Below are positions 26,581 to 35,472 of a stretch of DNA of 64,000 bases, piece after piece; position 1 is the stretch's first letter, and every line of letters begins with the position of its first letter. Below the pieces are notes generated by a model. The model was not told where the DNA came from and searched no databases. It saw nothing but the letters and a program-made list of their open reading frames with translations. Made by a program: the position numbers and the translations under genes. The stretch spans positions 13,222 through 77,221 of the forward strand of contig JAZQIW010000053.1 of NCBI GenBank assembly GCA_045541355.1, read 5' to 3'. The stretch is from Eubacteriales bacterium. Lineage in GTDB: Bacteria > Bacillota > Clostridia > Oscillospirales > CAG-382.

Positions 26581-26730
26581 AAGAAGGTAGCCTTAGTGTG
26601 CATTTTTATATCTTTGGCATTTAATTTTGCGACTTAAGGTTAAGGGTATTAGGTCATGAAATTAAGTGCAAAATTTATGAATATGTTCTCCAAGGCTAAC
26701 AAAAATGATAAATCTAAGGAGGAACAAAAA

Positions 26731-28821
26731 ATGTTTGAAAATTACAGAGTATTTTCTACTACTCTCGCCGGCAGAAAGCTTACAGTTGAAACCGGTAAAA
26801 TCGCACAGCTTGCAAACGGCTCCGCACTTGTAAGATACGGCGACACAGCAATTCTCGCCACAGCTACGGCAAGCTCAGCGCCCAGAGACGGCATAGACTT
26901 TCTTCCCCTGTCAGTTGACTTTGAAGAAAGACTTTACGCAGTTGGTAAAATCCCCGGCTCTTTCTTGAAGAGAGAAGGAAAGCCCAGCGAAAAGGCTATC
27001 CTTACAAGCCGTGTTATTGACAGACCCATAAGACCTCTCTTCCCCAAGGATCTCAGAAATGACGTAACACTAAACCTTCTCGTTCTTTCCGTTGACCCTG
27101 ACTGCAGCCCTGAGGTTACAGGTCTTATTGGTGCTTCTCTTGCCCTTTCCATCTCAGACATTCCCTGGAACGGTCCTGTGTCCAGCGTATTTGTCGGCAT
27201 GGTTGACGGTGAGGTTGTTATCAACCCCACAAAGGCTCAGAGAGAAGTAAGCACACTTGAGCTTACCGTTGCTTCTTCTGCAAAGAAGGTTGTTATGATT
27301 GAAGCAGGCGCGAAGGAAATTTCCGATGATGCTATGTTTGATGCAATCATGAAAGCACATGAAGTTAACCAGGAAATTGTTAAATTTATTGAGCACGTTC
27401 AGAGCGAAATCGGTAAGACAAAGTTTGAGTACGCGTCCTGCGATGTTGACCATGACCTTTATGACAAGATTGCAGAATACGCTATTGACAAAGTAAAGTA
27501 CGCGCTTGATACAGATGACAAGAATGTCAGAGAAGAGAGACTCAACAGCGTTTATGCCGATGTTGAAGCATTTGTTGCTGAACAGTATCCCGACGAAGAC
27601 AGAAAAGCTGAAATGGGAGAATGTCTCTACAAGCTCCAGAAGTTTGTTGTCAGAAGATGGCTTCTCGACGAAGGCAAGCGTGTTGACGGCAGACGCCTTG
27701 ACGAAATAAGACCTCTTGCTTCCGAAGTTGGTGTTCTTCCCAGAACTCATGGTTCTGCGCTCTTTACTCGCGGTCAGACACAGGTTCTTACTATCGCAAC
27801 ACTCGGTCTTGTTGGCGAACAGCAGCTTCTTGACGGTATTGATGATGAGGAATACAAGAGATATATGCACCACTACAATATGCCCAGCTACTCTGTTGGT
27901 GAAACAAAGCCCTCCAGAGGTCCCGGCAGACGTGAAATCGGTCACGGTGCACTTGCAGAGCGTGCTCTTCTCCCTGTAATTCCTTCCGTTGAAGAGTTCC
28001 CCTACTCTATCAGACTTGTTTCTGAGGTAGTTTCTTCAAACGGTTCAACCTCTCAGGGTTCTATCTGCGCTTCTACTCTTGCTCTTATGGATGCAGGTGT
28101 TCCGATTAAGGATCCCGTAGCCGGTATTTCCTGCGGTCTTATTACCGAAGGCGACAGATGGATGACAATGGTCGATATTCAGGGTCTTGAAGACTTCTTT
28201 GGTGATATGGACTTTAAGGTTGCAGGTACAAAGAACGGTATCACAGCCATTCAGATGGACCTTAAGATTGACGGTCTTACACCTGAAATTATCAAGGCTG
28301 CTTTTGCTCAGACACACACCGCAAGAGACTACATCCTTGATGAAGTAATGCTCAAGGCAATTGACAAGCCTCGTGCCGATGTTTCCGATTACGCTCCCAA
28401 GATGATTACAATAAAGATTGACCCCGAAAAAATCGGTGACGTTATCGGTAAGGGCGGTAAGGTAATTCAGGCAATCACAGCTGAAACAGGCGCAAAGATT
28501 GACATTGAAGATGACGGTACAGTATTTATTGCTGCCATCGACAAAAATGCAGGTCTCAAGGCAAAATCAATCGTCGAAGCAATTGCTTTTGATCCCGAAC
28601 CCGGTGCTGTATTTGTAGGTAAGGTAACAAGACTTATGTCCTTTGGTGCATTTGTTGAAATTGCTCCCGGCAAGGAAGGTCTTGTACACATTTCTAAGCT
28701 TGCAAAGGAACGTGTTGAAAAGGTTGAAGATGTTGTAAACGTAGGCGACGAAATCAAGGTTAAGGTACTTGAAATCGACGACAAGGGCAGAATCAATCTT
28801 TCCAGAAAAGACGCCATCTAA
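26731..28821 (+). CDS. pnp: polyribonucleotide nucleotidyltransferase (PNPase)
   Basis: Two RNase PH domains plus KH and S1 domains. Start at ATG 26731 (MFENYRVFST...) after AAGGAGG. The ORF-track start at 26656 is an upstream extension. Confidence 0.96.
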   Translation: MFENYRVFSTTLAGRKLTVETGKIAQLANGSALVRYGDTAILATATASSAPRDGIDFLPLSVDFEERLYAVGKIPGSFLKREGKPSEKAILTSRVIDRPIRPLFPKDLRNDVTLNLLVLSVDPDCSPEVTGLIGASLALSISDIPWNGPVSSVFVGMVDGEVVINPTKAQREVSTLELTVASSAKKVVMIEAGAKEISDDAMFDAIMKAHEVNQEIVKFIEHVQSEIGKTKFEYASCDVDHDLYDKIAEYAIDKVKYALDTDDKNVREERLNSVYADVEAFVAEQYPDEDRKAEMGECLYKLQKFVVRRWLLDEGKRVDGRRLDEIRPLASEVGVLPRTHGSALFTRGQTQVLTIATLGLVGEQQLLDGIDDEEYKRYMHHYNMPSYSVGETKPSRGPGRREIGHGALAERALLPVIPSVEEFPYSIRLVSEVVSSNGSTSQGSICASTLALMDAGVPIKDPVAGISCGLITEGDRWMTMVDIQGLEDFFGDMDFKVAGTKNGITAIQMDLKIDGLTPEIIKAAFAQTHTARDYILDEVMLKAIDKPRADVSDYAPKMITIKIDPEKIGDVIGKGGKVIQAITAETGAKIDIEDDGTVFIAAIDKNAGLKAKSIVEAIAFDPEPGAVFVGKVTRLMSFGAFVEIAPGKEGLVHISKLAKERVEKVEDVVNVGDEIKVKVLEIDDKGRINLSRKDAI

Positions 28822-28832
28822 CCAATACATTG

Positions 28833-28862
28833 TCAAGCGGAAGAAATTCCGCTTGATTTTTT
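28833..28862 (+). terminator. intrinsic terminator after pnp
   Basis: TCAAGCGGA-AGAAAT-TCCGCTTGA followed by T6. Confidence 0.85.
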
Positions 28863-28897
28863 GAATTTTATGTCTGTGAAGATTTAGGAGAATTTCT

Positions 28898-29614
28898 ATG
28901 GAAGAAATGAGATTACAGAAATATATTTCTGATTGCGGTCTTATGTCAAGAAGAGCTGCTGAAAAGGAAATTGAAAAAGGATTTTTCAAAGTCAATGGAA
29001 TCAGAGCTGAAATCGGTCAGAAAATTAATCCCGACAAGGATGAAATCGAATATAAAGGAAAGCTTGTCAAGGGTGGCAGTAAAAAGGTCTATGTTATGCT
29101 GTATAAGCCGCGCGGATATGTTACAACAATGAGTGATGATGAGGGCAGAAAGTGCATTCCTGAGCTTTTAGATGAGATACCCGAACGCGTCTACCCCTGC
29201 GGACGTCTTGATATGGATTCCGAAGGGCTTCTCATTCTCACAAACGACGGTGAGGTTGCAAACAAGCTTATGCACCCAAAACACCATGTTGAAAAAATAT
29301 ACCATGTAAAGGTTAAGGGTGAGATTGAGCCCGAAACACTCGTACTGCTTAATTCTCCCATGATAATTGATGACTATAAAATTAAACCGGTAAAGGTTTC
29401 AATAATTGAACGCAAAGAAGGAAATACTATTCTAAGATTCATACTTTCAGAGGGAAGAAACAGGCAAATCAGAAAAATGTGCGAGCAGGCACACCTGAAT
29501 ATCACTCGCTTAAAGCGAGTTGCAGTCGGAGATTTGACAATAGGTATGTTAAAGCCCGGTCAATGGAAATACATGAATTATAACGAAATCAGCATATTGA
29601 AGAATATGTCCTAA
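28898..29614 (+). CDS. RsuA/RluB-family pseudouridine synthase with S4 domain
   Basis: 238 aa. S4 N-terminus (RLQKYISDCGLMSRRAAEKEI) and catalytic GRLDMDSEGLL. Confidence 0.9.
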   Translation: MEEMRLQKYISDCGLMSRRAAEKEIEKGFFKVNGIRAEIGQKINPDKDEIEYKGKLVKGGSKKVYVMLYKPRGYVTTMSDDEGRKCIPELLDEIPERVYPCGRLDMDSEGLLILTNDGEVANKLMHPKHHVEKIYHVKVKGEIEPETLVLLNSPMIIDDYKIKPVKVSIIERKEGNTILRFILSEGRNRQIRKMCEQAHLNITRLKRVAVGDLTIGMLKPGQWKYMNYNEISILKNMS

Positions 29615-29626
29615 GAGGTATACAAA

Positions 29627-30028
29627 ATGATAGCAATAAAACCTGTTTATACAAGCTATGAACGTGAAGAATATATGAAACCCTTCGGAATTGTTCCCAA
29701 GGACAATCAAGTTGTAATTGCTGCTATCAATGACGGCAGATTTGTCGGTGCTGCGCTTGTTTCATTCAAGGACAATACGGGAACGGTACACCTGATGAGT
29801 CTTATTGACGGTTATGATGATTACATCGACAGATTTCTTATCGGAAAGGCAGCACTTAACTTTCTCGATCTGTCCGGAGCAAAGGATATAACCTATACCG
29901 GAGATGACGAAAAGCTTGCCAAGTCTCTCGGATTCAAGCTTGTAAACCAGCATATGAAAATCGACCTTACAGGATACTTTGACGGAGCACACGAGGGTTG
30001 CGGCGGACACAATTCGGAGGTCAAATAA
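29627..30028 (+). CDS. hypothetical protein (133 aa)
   Basis: RBS AGAGGT. Stop overlaps the next gene's ATG. No recognisable motif. Confidence 0.55.
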   Translation: MIAIKPVYTSYEREEYMKPFGIVPKDNQVVIAAINDGRFVGAALVSFKDNTGTVHLMSLIDGYDDYIDRFLIGKAALNFLDLSGAKDITYTGDDEKLAKSLGFKLVNQHMKIDLTGYFDGAHEGCGGHNSEVK

Positions 30029-30963
30029 TGGGAGATTACAGCGTTAGAGTAATTGAAAAGATAATTGTTCTTTTTATTGCTATGATTGCAGGCTATATAG
30101 CTAAAAAAGGAAAGCTTATAAGCGGCGAGAGCACAAAATCACTGTCATCATTGCTTGTTTATATTACAAATCCTTGTTTGATTGTTTGTTCCCTTCAAAG
30201 AGAATATGACTCAAACCTTTTGATTACGGCAGCAAATGTTTTTGCTCTATCGGTTGCTGTTCACTCGCTTCTTGCAATATTCTCACATTTCATATTCAGA
30301 CACGTTAAGAATAAAAGCGAGAGAAGCGTCTACTCCTACGGTTTGACATACAGCAATTGCGGTTATATGGGATTTCCTCTTATGATGGCAATTTTCAAAG
30401 ATGACCCGCAGCTCGGTTTGTTCTACGGAGTTATTTTTGTAACAGCATTTAATCTTTTCTCATGGACTCATGGCATTATTGTTATGAGCAATGAAGGTAA
30501 GATTCCGTGGAAAAAGCTCGTATTAAACCCTGCGCTTATCGCCGTCATAATCAGCATGGTTTTATTCCTTGGAAGAATTATGCTTCCGAAAACAATAAAT
30601 GACGGACTTACTCTTGTCGGCGACATGACATTTCCGCTATCAATGATAATAATAGGAAGTCTGCTTGCTGACATGAAGCTGTTAAAGATTCTGTCTCAAA
30701 AAAAGCTGTATCTGTTTTCGGCATTAACTTTATTGGTAGTTCCTGCAATTATGCTTATTATTGCCAAGCTTTTAGGGCTTCCGGAATATCTTTCCATTGT
30801 AGGCATTACCATGTGTGCTGCTCCCGTTGCGGCAAACACGGCAGTAACTGCTGAGGTTTACGATAACGACTCGGCACTCGCCGCAAGACTTGTTGGTATT
30901 ACTACCCTATTCTGTCTTGTTACAATGCCATTCATGCTATGGTTAGCAGAGATTATATTATAA
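30028..30963 (+). CDS. AEC (auxin efflux carrier) family transporter
   Basis: Start at ATG 30028 after GGAGG (30016-20). Polytopic membrane protein with a typical AEC two-half architecture. Confidence 0.8.
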   Translation: MGDYSVRVIEKIIVLFIAMIAGYIAKKGKLISGESTKSLSSLLVYITNPCLIVCSLQREYDSNLLITAANVFALSVAVHSLLAIFSHFIFRHVKNKSERSVYSYGLTYSNCGYMGFPLMMAIFKDDPQLGLFYGVIFVTAFNLFSWTHGIIVMSNEGKIPWKKLVLNPALIAVIISMVLFLGRIMLPKTINDGLTLVGDMTFPLSMIIIGSLLADMKLLKILSQKKLYLFSALTLLVVPAIMLIIAKLLGLPEYLSIVGITMCAAPVAANTAVTAEVYDNDSALAARLVGITTLFCLVTMPFMLWLAEIIL

Positions 30964-30967
30964 AACA

Positions 30968-30993
30968 AAGCCTGCGATGATGATCGCAGGCTT
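30968..30993 (+). terminator. hairpin after the AEC transporter gene
   Basis: AAGCCTGCGAT-GATG-ATCGCAGGCTT, an 11-bp stem with no clear T-run. Confidence 0.45.
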
Positions 30994-31061
30994 AACTATT
31001 ATCAGTATAAACTAAAATGATTTTTGTAAAGTTAGGTAAGACTTAATTAATAATGAATAAT

Positions 31062-31089
31062 ATAAAAAGAAACCCTGTCTTTCGACAGG
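31062..31089 (-). terminator. intrinsic terminator after tRNA-Leu
   Basis: On the minus strand: CCTGTC-GAAA-GACAGG followed by GTTTCTTTTT. Confidence 0.7.
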
Positions 31090-31098
31090 ATTCTCTTT

Positions 31099-31184
31099 TG
31101 GTGCCGGTGGTGGGACTTGAACCCACACGGTATCGCTACCAACGGATTTTGAGTCCGTCGCGTCTGCCATTCCACCACACCGGC
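31099..31184 (-). tRNA. tRNA-Leu (anticodon CAA), CCA encoded
   Basis: Reverse complement: GCCGGTGTGGTGGAATGGCAGACGCGACGGACTCAAAATCCGTTGGTAGCGATACCGTGTGGGTTCAAGTCCCACCACCGGCACCA. It folds into a cloverleaf with a 7-bp acceptor stem, ACGGA/TCCGT anticodon stem, CT-CAA-AA loop, long variable arm, and GTGGG/CCCAC T-stem. Confidence 0.95.
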
Positions 31185-31210
31185 ATATTCAGTCTTTTCA
31201 CAACGGATAT

Positions 31211-31239
31211 ATAATAACACAAAACAGCATTTTTGTCAA
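31211..31239 (-). promoter_or_regulatory. sigma-A promoter of tRNA-Leu
   Basis: Minus strand: TTGACA (31239-31234), 17 nt, TATTAT (31216-31211) preceded by TG. Confidence 0.6.
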
Positions 31240-31360
31240 TACAATTACAGCACAAATTCGTATATTTTGCGAAATTCAAAAATGAAGAAATTTGATGGCA
31301 AATTATAAGTTAATTTCATAAAAATCATTATTACTATTGAAAATAAAGCAAAAATGTAGT

Positions 31361-31386
31361 AAAATAAAAATGCCCCTTACGGGGCA
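31361..31386 (-). terminator. intrinsic terminator of the small N/K/Q-rich ORF
   Basis: Minus strand: TGCCCC-GTAA-GGGGCA followed by TTTTTATTTT. Confidence 0.75.
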
Positions 31387-31409
31387 AATGAGAAAAAGCG
31401 ATGTTCAGA

Positions 31410-31556
31410 TTACTTACTGTTCTTAGAATTATTATTCTGATTCTTATTTTCGTTCTTGTTCTGACTCATAGGGTCATTCTGGCTTGAAGGACCGTTGTTA
31501 TTCTGCTTGTTGGAATAGTTCTGTTCATTCTTATTCTTGGAATTCTTGTTTGACAT
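31410..31556 (-). CDS. unannotated 48-aa Asn/Lys/Gln/Ser-rich hydrophilic protein
   Basis: Own translation: MSNKNSKNKNEQNYSNKQNNNGPSSQNDPMSQNKNENKNQNNNSKNSK. RBS AAGGAG lies about 10 nt upstream of ATG 31556. It has a dedicated terminator. Below the ORF-track cutoff. Confidence 0.6.
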   Translation of the reverse strand: MSNKNSKNKNEQNYSNKQNNNGPSSQNDPMSQNKNENKNQNNNSKNSK

Positions 31557-31638
31557 AACATCAATACTCCTTTTTTATTTGGTATTGATATTATTTGCAA
31601 GTTTTGAAAAAATAATTCACATAAAGGGGATTTTTATT

Positions 31639-32610
31639 ATGAAATTTTATCCGCTGAAGTTAAAGCCCGTTACCAAATCCATTATCTGGGGAGGCAACTA
31701 TCTTAAAGAAAACTTCGGATTCACAAGCAATGATGAAAACATTGCCGAAGCATGGCTTGCTACTTGCAGACCTGACGGCGTAAACCTCATCGAAAACGGC
31801 GAATATGAAGGCAAAACTTTTGAAGACTATATAAAGGACGCAGGAATAGACAACGTATGCGGTGATTTTGATGCCTTTCCCCTGCTCATAAAGTTCATAG
31901 ATGCAAACGACAGGCTTTCTGTTCAGGTACATCCCGATGACATTTATGCCAAGGCAAACGGACTTGATGCAGGAAAAACCGAGATGTGGTACATCGTTGA
32001 CTGCAAGGAAGGTGCAAAGCTTGTATACGGGCTCAAATCCGAGGAAGCACCGACATTTGAAGAGATTGAACAGGCAAACAACAAAGGAAAACTCTCCGAT
32101 ATGTTAAACTACGCTGACGTTCACAAGGGTGACTGCTTCTTTATTCCTGCAGGACTTGTTCATGCAATCGGTGAAGGTATTGTAATTGCCGAAATCCAGC
32201 AAAACTCAAACACTACATACCGCCTTTATGACTATGACAGAGTAGGTAAAGACGGCAAAAAGAGAGAGCTTCATATTCAAAAAGCATCAGAGGTTATTAA
32301 AACCCAGTTCCCTGACGAATATGTTTCGGGCAAGGTTATTTCCGACAAAGACGGCGAAAGAACAGAAATTCTTTGCAAGTGCGACCTTTTCTGCGTTATC
32401 AAATACAATCTTGCAAGCGGAAAGAGTGCTTTCTTTGAAGAAGGCAGTATGAAGAGCATCATTTGTCTTGACGGCAAAGGTGTTATCTCCTGTGACGGTG
32501 TGGATTATCCGGTGAACAAGGGTGACTCCTATCTTATTCCTAAGGCTTGCGACGGATTTGTTGTTAAATCTGAAAGTGATGAGTTTGAGGTAATCGTTTC
32601 GGAGGCGTAA
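31639..32610 (+). CDS. manA: class I mannose-6-phosphate isomerase
   Basis: Start at ATG 31639 (MKFYPLKLKPVTKSIIWGG...). Zn/active-site stretches QVHPDD, KTEMWYI and VHAIGEG are present. The ORF-track start at 31537 overlaps the divergent small ORF. Confidence 0.9.
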   Translation: MKFYPLKLKPVTKSIIWGGNYLKENFGFTSNDENIAEAWLATCRPDGVNLIENGEYEGKTFEDYIKDAGIDNVCGDFDAFPLLIKFIDANDRLSVQVHPDDIYAKANGLDAGKTEMWYIVDCKEGAKLVYGLKSEEAPTFEEIEQANNKGKLSDMLNYADVHKGDCFFIPAGLVHAIGEGIVIAEIQQNSNTTYRLYDYDRVGKDGKKRELHIQKASEVIKTQFPDEYVSGKVISDKDGERTEILCKCDLFCVIKYNLASGKSAFFEEGSMKSIICLDGKGVISCDGVDYPVNKGDSYLIPKACDGFVVKSESDEFEVIVSEA

Positions 32611-32620
32611 TTGTGTTTTT

Positions 32621-33079
32621 ATGATTAGTTATATAATCACTTTGATTATTTTTATTATATGCACTATTCTCACAATATTTAACAAATCAATTATTTGTTT
32701 TGAGGAAACTTCATTTGCTTGTCTTATATTTTTTATATTTACTCTGTTTCTTTCGTTTCAGGACATACTTTTTTCAAAAAGTAATCTTGAGAGTCTAAAT
32801 TCCGGTGACAACATACTTTGGACATATGAAGAAAAAGTAATAGTATATAGAATAAGAGGACTTGTCTTATTGCCATCTTCAGTGTTTCAATTCTTCTTAA
32901 TATTTACATTCGGTTTTTATACTAAACTAATATTAACATCAGTTATTTTTGTATTTAGTTATGCAATTGCAATATTAAGTTCATACCTTGGAACAAAGAA
33001 ACTTATTATTTCAAGATTAAATAAAGAAGAAAACGAACGCAAACAGCAAGAAATCAATGAAGAACTTGGAAAAATATAA
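32621..33079 (+). CDS. hypothetical membrane protein (about 4 TM)
   Basis: 152 aa, hydrophobic, with a charged C-terminal tail (NKEENERKQQEINEELGKI). AT-rich codon usage. Confidence 0.6.
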   Translation: MISYIITLIIFIICTILTIFNKSIICFEETSFACLIFFIFTLFLSFQDILFSKSNLESLNSGDNILWTYEEKVIVYRIRGLVLLPSSVFQFFLIFTFGFYTKLILTSVIFVFSYAIAILSSYLGTKKLIISRLNKEENERKQQEINEELGKI

Positions 33080-33084
33080 TTACA

Positions 33085-33204
33085 ACAATCCCTCAGTCAC
33101 TGCGTGACAGCTCCCTTTACACAAGGGAGCCGATTACAGAAGTACTACACTATGCCCTCCTTGTGTAAAGGAGGGTGTCAGCCTTTGGCTGACGGGAGGA
33201 TTGT
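33085..33204. repeat. 120-nt structured inverted-repeat element (REP/MITE-like)
   Basis: Two inverted about 47-nt units with termini ACAATCC...GGATTGT. Each unit has two stem-loops and the conserved loop TTACACA. See finding. Confidence 0.75.
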
Positions 33205-33215
33205 AATATCATAAT

Positions 33216-33241
33216 AAAAGACCGCCGTCGGCGGTCTTTCT
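33216..33241. terminator. bidirectional intrinsic terminator
   Basis: AAAAGACCGCC-GTC-GGCGGTCTTT flanked by A and T runs. Lies between convergent genes. Confidence 0.8.
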
Positions 33242-33244
33242 TCA

Positions 33245-34048
33245 TTATTTATGCTCAATCGCATTTCCCTTAATCATTTCACCAACATTTTCATAAATGT
33301 ACTTAGGTCTGAACGGGAACTGTTTAAGTATATCAAAGTTTGTAACTCCACTCATAACAAGAACGGTATCAATCTCGGATTCAATACCTGCGACAATATC
33401 GGTATCCATTCTGTCGCCGATAATTACCGCATCCTCAGGTGCTACGCCTAGAAGCTTTATACCCGACTTCATCATAAGAGGATTGGGTTTTCCTACATAA
33501 TACGCAACACAGCCTGTTGAAAGCTCAATGGGTGCTACCAGCGCCTTGGTCGCAGGAATAATTCCCTGCTCACTGGGTGCCGTCATATCGGGGTTTGTAC
33601 CTATAAGCTTTGCACCGCCGTTGACAAGCTTTACGGCTCTTAAAATGCTGTCATAGTTATAGTTTTTGGTTTCGCCTATAACTACGTAATCGGGGTTTAC
33701 ATCATTCATTGAAATGCCTTTAGAATAAAGTGCATTGATAAGACCGGGTTCTCCTATAACGTATGCAGAGCATCCCGGCTTCTGGCTCGCAAGAAAGTCC
33801 GCCGTTGCAAGAGCAGATGTATAGAAATGCGATGGATCAACATCAAGTCCGAGTCTTTTGAGCTTCTGAGAAAGCTCAATTGGTGAACGCTCAGAGCTGT
33901 TGGTAAAGAAAAGGAAATGCTTATCGTTTTCCTTTAACCAATCAATAAACTCATGTACGCCGTCAAGTATTTTATTACCGTGGTAGATAACACCGTCCAT
34001 ATCGCTAATAAAGCCTTTTTTGGAGTTTATGTCAAGAATATTAACCAT
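33245..34048 (-). CDS. HAD-IIA family (NagD-like) phosphatase
   Basis: 267 aa. DMDGVIY nucleophile motif and FFTNSS, GDRMDTD motifs. Confidence 0.88.
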   Translation of the reverse strand: MVNILDINSKKGFISDMDGVIYHGNKILDGVHEFIDWLKENDKHFLFFTNSSERSPIELSQKLKRLGLDVDPSHFYTSALATADFLASQKPGCSAYVIGEPGLINALYSKGISMNDVNPDYVVIGETKNYNYDSILRAVKLVNGGAKLIGTNPDMTAPSEQGIIPATKALVAPIELSTGCVAYYVGKPNPLMMKSGIKLLGVAPEDAVIIGDRMDTDIVAGIESEIDTVLVMSGVTNFDILKQFPFRPKYIYENVGEMIKGNAIEHK

Positions 34049-34050
34049 GA

Positions 34051-34650
34051 TTATTCCTTTCCTTCTATGAGGTATGTCGCCTCAATATCTGCAATGTGTA
34101 GCTTAACTGCAAGGGGATACTTTTCAAAAGCGCCGTTGATGGCAAAGCTGCCTCCCCGTGCCGCATCATCAAAGCCGCCCATGTGCCATCGGATTGCAAT
34201 TGCCTCATCAACTTTAAGTCTCATAAAGCGTTCAATGAGAAATACGCTCTTTTCGCCGTGACCGAACGGGAATTTATCATCAATTGTATAATAGTTTACC
34301 TTTTCCCACTGCCCGGTAGCTTCATTCTTAACATTTCTCTGGCTGACCTTATAAAACTCAGCCTTGCACAGGTCATGAAGAAGCGCCGCAATTGCCATAG
34401 ACTCATCAGGCTTTCCAGCATTATATCTATCAATCATTGCTTTATATACATTTAAAGAGTGGTCGGCAAGACCGCCTTCAAAGGCATTATGGAACTTTGA
34501 ACTTGCAGGAGCAACAAAAAAGTCCGTTTTATTTGTTATCCAGTCAAGCAACTCCTTACTTCCCTGCCTTGTTATTGCTTCATTATAAGCTTTTGTAAAT
34601 CTGTCCTTAACAGATTCAAACTGTAAGCTTCTGAGAATCTCCTCGTTCAT
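34051..34650 (-). CDS. HD-domain phosphohydrolase
   Basis: 199 aa. H...HD metal motif (FHNAFEGGLADHS...LLHDLCK). 2-nt gap to the HAD gene. Confidence 0.8.
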   Translation of the reverse strand: MNEEILRSLQFESVKDRFTKAYNEAITRQGSKELLDWITNKTDFFVAPASSKFHNAFEGGLADHSLNVYKAMIDRYNAGKPDESMAIAALLHDLCKAEFYKVSQRNVKNEATGQWEKVNYYTIDDKFPFGHGEKSVFLIERFMRLKVDEAIAIRWHMGGFDDAARGGSFAINGAFEKYPLAVKLHIADIEATYLIEGKE

Positions 34651-34787
34651 TTTGTCCTCCGTTATTTCTATTTGAATAAATGCATATGTCAGTCACAAAA
34701 TCATTTTCTTAAAGCTGAAACAATAACACGCAATGTTACAGCTTCATTATCTATTATTTTAACATATAAATATGTATATTTCAACAC

Positions 34788-34815
34788 AAAAAAATCCCTT
34801 GGTAAAACCAAGGGA
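34788..34815 (-). terminator. intrinsic terminator after the PRT-like gene
   Basis: Minus strand: TCCCTTGG-TTTTA-CCAAGGGA followed by T7. Confidence 0.85.
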
Positions 34816-34824
34816 AATAATAAA

Positions 34825-35472
34825 TCATTTAAGAAGCGAGTAACCGAAACCGTTGATTAGAGCATCAAGCTTCTGTCCTGCCTTACACATGGGACACTCC
34901 TGAGGATTGAAGTGTTCATAGTCACCAAGAAAATCAGGGTTGAAGCAGGAATAAATCGGAAGGGCGTCTTTTGACTTTTCCTGAGTTGAGAATATCGCAG
35001 AAACACCCACAGGATTACCGCCGTAGTATCTGACTGCACCGATTGCCGCCTCAACACTTCGACCTGAGGAGTAGGATACAGCAAGAAGCATTACGCTTTT
35101 TCCTTCTATCATGGGAATAATGTTATCACGGAAAAGAATCTGACTCGAATTTGTAATTTCAGGCGAAACAACATATATTGACTTATGTGCATTAATGCTG
35201 ACAAAGTCTGCCTCGGTAAGCTCATTGGCAAGACAAGCACCGATAACCTCTGTTCCGTCGAGACAAAGAATTGTATCAACAATTGTTGAATGATAATAAT
35301 ATGAGCTCAGCTCCTCGGCAACAGCCTTTGCCTCGGAAAGACGAGCCTTCTGTGCTACAACATCAATGTAATAGTTGCTGTGGCGATCATTTGTTGCAAA
35401 GTGACCTTTACAAACTCTGAGAAACAGATTGTTGCGTTTGGTTTCGTACTTAAAGGTCTTAAAATTCGACAT
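34825..35472 (-). CDS. type I phosphoribosyltransferase-like protein with non-canonical PRPP motif
   Basis: 215 aa. The PRT-fold signature region VMLLAVSYSSGRS aligns to VMLVDDVITAGTA-type motifs but lacks the acidic pair. C-terminal CPMC. Confidence 0.65.
   Translation of the reverse strand: MSNFKTFKYETKRNNLFLRVCKGHFATNDRHSNYYIDVVAQKARLSEAKAVAEELSSYYYHSTIVDTILCLDGTEVIGACLANELTEADFVSINAHKSIYVVSPEITNSSQILFRDNIIPMIEGKSVMLLAVSYSSGRSVEAAIGAVRYYGGNPVGVSAIFSTQEKSKDALPIYSCFNPDFLGDYEHFNPQECPMCKAGQKLDALINGFGYSLLK

Noticed and set aside
31537-31638. N-terminal extension of ManA in the ORF track
   Set aside because: The hydrophobic, AT-rich extension overlaps the divergent small ORF start and RBS. The conserved ManA N-terminus (MKFYPLKLKP) begins at 31639.
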